From positions 21,948,001 through 22,012,000 of the forward strand of contig NC_047062.1 of assembly GCF_902459465.1 (NCBI RefSeq): 64,000 nt of DNA, read 5' to 3'. This DNA is from Asterias rubens. Taxonomy: Eukaryota. The notes under the pieces are model-generated. The model was not told the DNA's origin, searched no databases, and was given only the letters and a program-made list of their open reading frames with translations. The first letter of the stretch is position 1. Each line of letters starts with the position of its first letter. Shown piece after piece: positions 60,708 to 64,000 of this stretch. The position numbers and the translations under genes were made by a program.

Positions 60708-63700
60708 TATTCATCATTCAGTATTATTGATGAGACTCATAGATCCCTAACAATGTGCTCACATAGCTGAACCTTTTTGAAAGACATTTTCCAAAGGAAA
60801 TTTGCATTTGCCTTAATTTATTGCCATGTCCATTACTTACATGAATGACACACAATATATCCTTGATATGGATGTTATAAATGAGTTTCTATGGAGTTTT
60901 ATCAATATTTTATGTGTACATGAGTGGTTTTTGTGCACAGAATTCTTTTTATTAAATTTGTATCATTCAGCAGACCAAGCTTAAAACAATGTTTCCTAGA
61001 CTGCACATAAATGTATTGCTTCCACTTTCTTTCTTTGTCCTTCTCATGTAAAACAAAGCAGATATTAATATTTTTGTTTCTGTTCAATCACTTGGTCAAC
61101 AATAAGCTAGAAAATACGTAAAAAATAATGGATTCAGATAGTCAATAAGCAATCGCCAAACAAACAAACAAAACAAAATTATTTTGATCAATAAAAGCTT
61201 CTAAGCCAAAATTTTCTGAATTTAAATACAAAAATTAAACTATTTGAATTTCTGGAAAAACAAATTTGTGTAAAAAAGTAAAAGTAATAAGAGATTGGGG
61301 GGGGGGGGTTAAAATGTGCACAGAGACCAGATACAATAACTTTAGCCTATGTAAGTATTAAAGACATGGTCCTCAATTTAATCTTATTTGCAAGAAACAT
61401 TTTGTAAAAGTAACCAACTTTAAAACTGAAGATGTCATAAAACACTGTCATGAATTGTAGTTTGTTGTTTGTCACTTAATTTCCAAGAAAAAGCCATTTA
61501 ATTTCAATTTAAACTTTAATAATTGTTTTTTAAAAACCATCCCTACTGCAGTTGTTTATGGTGGGTTCATGTTTCACCCACATTGCACCTGTGCCAACAT
61601 GTCTTGTGATTTATATCAGTCTAGGAATAGTTTTGCAAACATTGATAAAATGTTTTCATCTGGCTCGGATGGTGTAAATCAGTAATGTTTGATTACAAAT
61701 ATATCTAGGCACTTCAGTTAATATTTTCTTGCTTTGAACTGCTTCATTATTTAGATAGGAGCAGGGTCAATCTTGTGATGTGTGTCATTTGATTGAAATG
61801 TGATAAACTCTACCAGGGCCTAGTGACCTTTGTGCCATTTACCATCAAGTGGGGGTACAGTGACCTTAATGAACTCGCGTGCACACTGTAGAATACCTTG
61901 CTTTTTGCAGATGTATATTTGTTGGATTTTTTGTTGTCCGCATATAAAATAAACAACCCACTAACACATCATGTGTACAAATAATAAGCAGGGTTCTCCC
62001 TATATAAGCTCTAGTAAGCGTTTCGGGCAAATATGCGCGAATGGGGTGCCGAATCGCACAAAGTGTAGCCCATGATGTTGCATGTGTTTTGGGCATTGTC
62101 AGTGGCATACGTTAAAATTTGTTTTATGTTTTTAATTTTGAAACACGTCATCTTTTCTTCAACTTTCAGCAAAAATGCTACAATGCAACTTTGAATTTAG
62201 GCCTGCATTGTGTAAGCGTTCACCCCAAATCAAGAAATTTAAAAAGCTGGAACTCTACAGACTGAGTGACATTTCACAGTGAAAAGGTTGTCAACCTGTA
62301 TGTCCTAAGAAGATTTTGTGCACATGGGATGTCTGATTTTACTGGGGGAAAAAATTGAAAAGGTTTTTCACCTGCAATGTGTCACATGTAAAATCAATTG
62401 TCCATTCTTACACAGAGGAGTTAACTTTTTCATTTTCCAGGGTTTATGCTGCTCACATGATTTAATTCCCCATCGTATTCCATAGTGTAAAATATAGAAA
62501 ATATATAACATGGATGGATACTGTTGCCTGGCATCCCTAGGCTCTACTCGCAGGATGACACTTGGAATTAATCAATGTTTATTATTATGCATTGCATCTG
62601 TTTATGGTAGTGTACCACAGGTCTGGGCCCAATTTCAGAAGTTCTGCTTTAAACAATGCTTTGAATTTTGGCCCTGTTACATGTAAGCGTTTGAATAAGG
62701 TTTATCGCAATTCAGAAACGCAATGCATTGTGGGAAGGAATATGGGGCGGTTTCTATGCAGTTCCTACGACTCGCGCACGCAACACCTATACCTTTGTGC
62801 GGGTTCAACAGCGCCCTCTCTTGATATTTTGCTATTCGCGATAAACCTTATTCTACATAGTCATGGACTTGTAGTGCCTCATCAGGAAATGAAAAACTCC
62901 AACTTTGTGCAGCAACAAAATTGGGAATTTCATTAAACTTAATAAATTAGAAAAACAAAAACAAAATCAGAGAGACCCAACACAAACAAAACACAGAAAA
63001 CAATAGAGACAAAACAACACGTTGCTTACATGATAATCAAAATCATTGATAAATAGTAATTATACAAATTTGAAATAAAGCCCTAGAAAAAATTATTTTA
63101 AATTTTTAGTTATTTCTTATGACCTACCCACCCACAATTACAAAAATCTGATTTTTGTAACATATCTGAATGGCCTCCTAGACGATCTTAAACATTTTAA
63201 TCAAAGCACCTACATGTAAGTTTATATTTTATCAGTGTTCATCAGGCCCTTATACATTTCTGAAACCAACGCAACTCCTTATGAGTATGCAGCATTGGTA
63301 ATCAAATGGGCGCAGCGGTTGCACCATTAACTAAAACCATTCTCATTTGTCAGGCTGTCACCATCTTTGTAATATCCCTGCGGGCAAAAGAGGAACCTGT
63401 TGTCAGATTTGTTTTGGAACCAAGCAAATTGTTTTTCCAGCCTCAGTTTCTAACCATAAATACTAAATTCATATATACCTCAGACAGTTTCGCTATTCCT
63501 ATTGGTGGAGAGCACGTCACGTGGGTGTGTATAAACCTTTGTTTATGACCGGTAAAAAGTGTTAATTTATGGGCGTGACACGCGACCTTGCACCTGTTCT
63601 TATAGTTTCTTCATTCCTATTGGTTGAGAGCAACGGCTGAAACAGTTGTGCCACATCACGCGATACGCACGCCGTGCACAGCATTCCCTTATAAGGAGTT

Positions 63701-63872
63701 GTTTACCCGATGGCGGCGGAGGGCTTTACCATTTCATAGCTGGAGGGGTGTTGTGTTGAAAGAAATCATTTAACAATTAAAAATGTTGCATTTATTTTAC
63801 TTTTTGACCAAAAAGTGATGATGTTTTTGACTGAAAAGGTATTTTTGAATGGGAATCAAAGTGTGTTGAATC

Positions 63873-63992
63873 GGTTTTCAACTAGTGGTTTAAACCCGCC
63901 GAGGCCTGGTTCTTTATAATTTACCTCGACTTCGTCTCGGTAAAATTATCAAGAACCAGGCCTCGTTGGGATTAAACCACTAGTTAAAAACC
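63873..63992. mobile_element. Hairpin (MITE-like) inverted repeat at the window end
   Basis: TTTTCAACTAGTGGTTTAAACCCGCCGAGGCCTGGTTCTTTATAATTTACC pairs with GGTAAAATTATCAAGAACCAGGCCTCGTTGGGATTAAACCACTAGTTAAAAA. Confidence 0.75.
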
Positions 63993-64000
63993 TCTTCACC

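Overview
AT-rich, intron-rich eukaryotic (animal) DNA; an invertebrate deuterostome such as a sea star is my unverified guess from repeat style and gene structure. Splicing exons by hand, with every junction checked for GT/GC-AG and phase, gives five genes, most invisible in the ORF track. (1) MRPL11, minus strand, three coding exons, running off the left edge. (2) SF3B2, plus strand, 21 coding exons, ~1278 aa, head-to-head with MRPL11 and carrying a ~520-aa Gln/Glu-rich N-terminal region. (3) An unrecognised 80-aa signal-peptide + Thr-rich + GPI-signal microprotein, minus strand, 3 exons. (4) A CEP15/C3orf14 homolog, minus strand, 116 aa, whose stop-codon region is tandemly amplified 7 times. 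(5) ESF1, minus strand, 10 coding exons, ~789 aa. Repeats include a 5'-truncated CR1/L2-group LINE nested in a MITE, two further LINE 3' fragments, many TTAA-flanked Kolobok-like MITEs (one nested in another), tRNA-derived SINEs, hairpin MITEs and four minisatellites. A dispersed family carries minimal, probably dimer-dependent hammerhead ribozyme motifs of the type known from Penelope-like elements; one copy has an intact core and two sit in long inverted repeats. No CRISPR array, rRNA or convincing functional tRNA was found.
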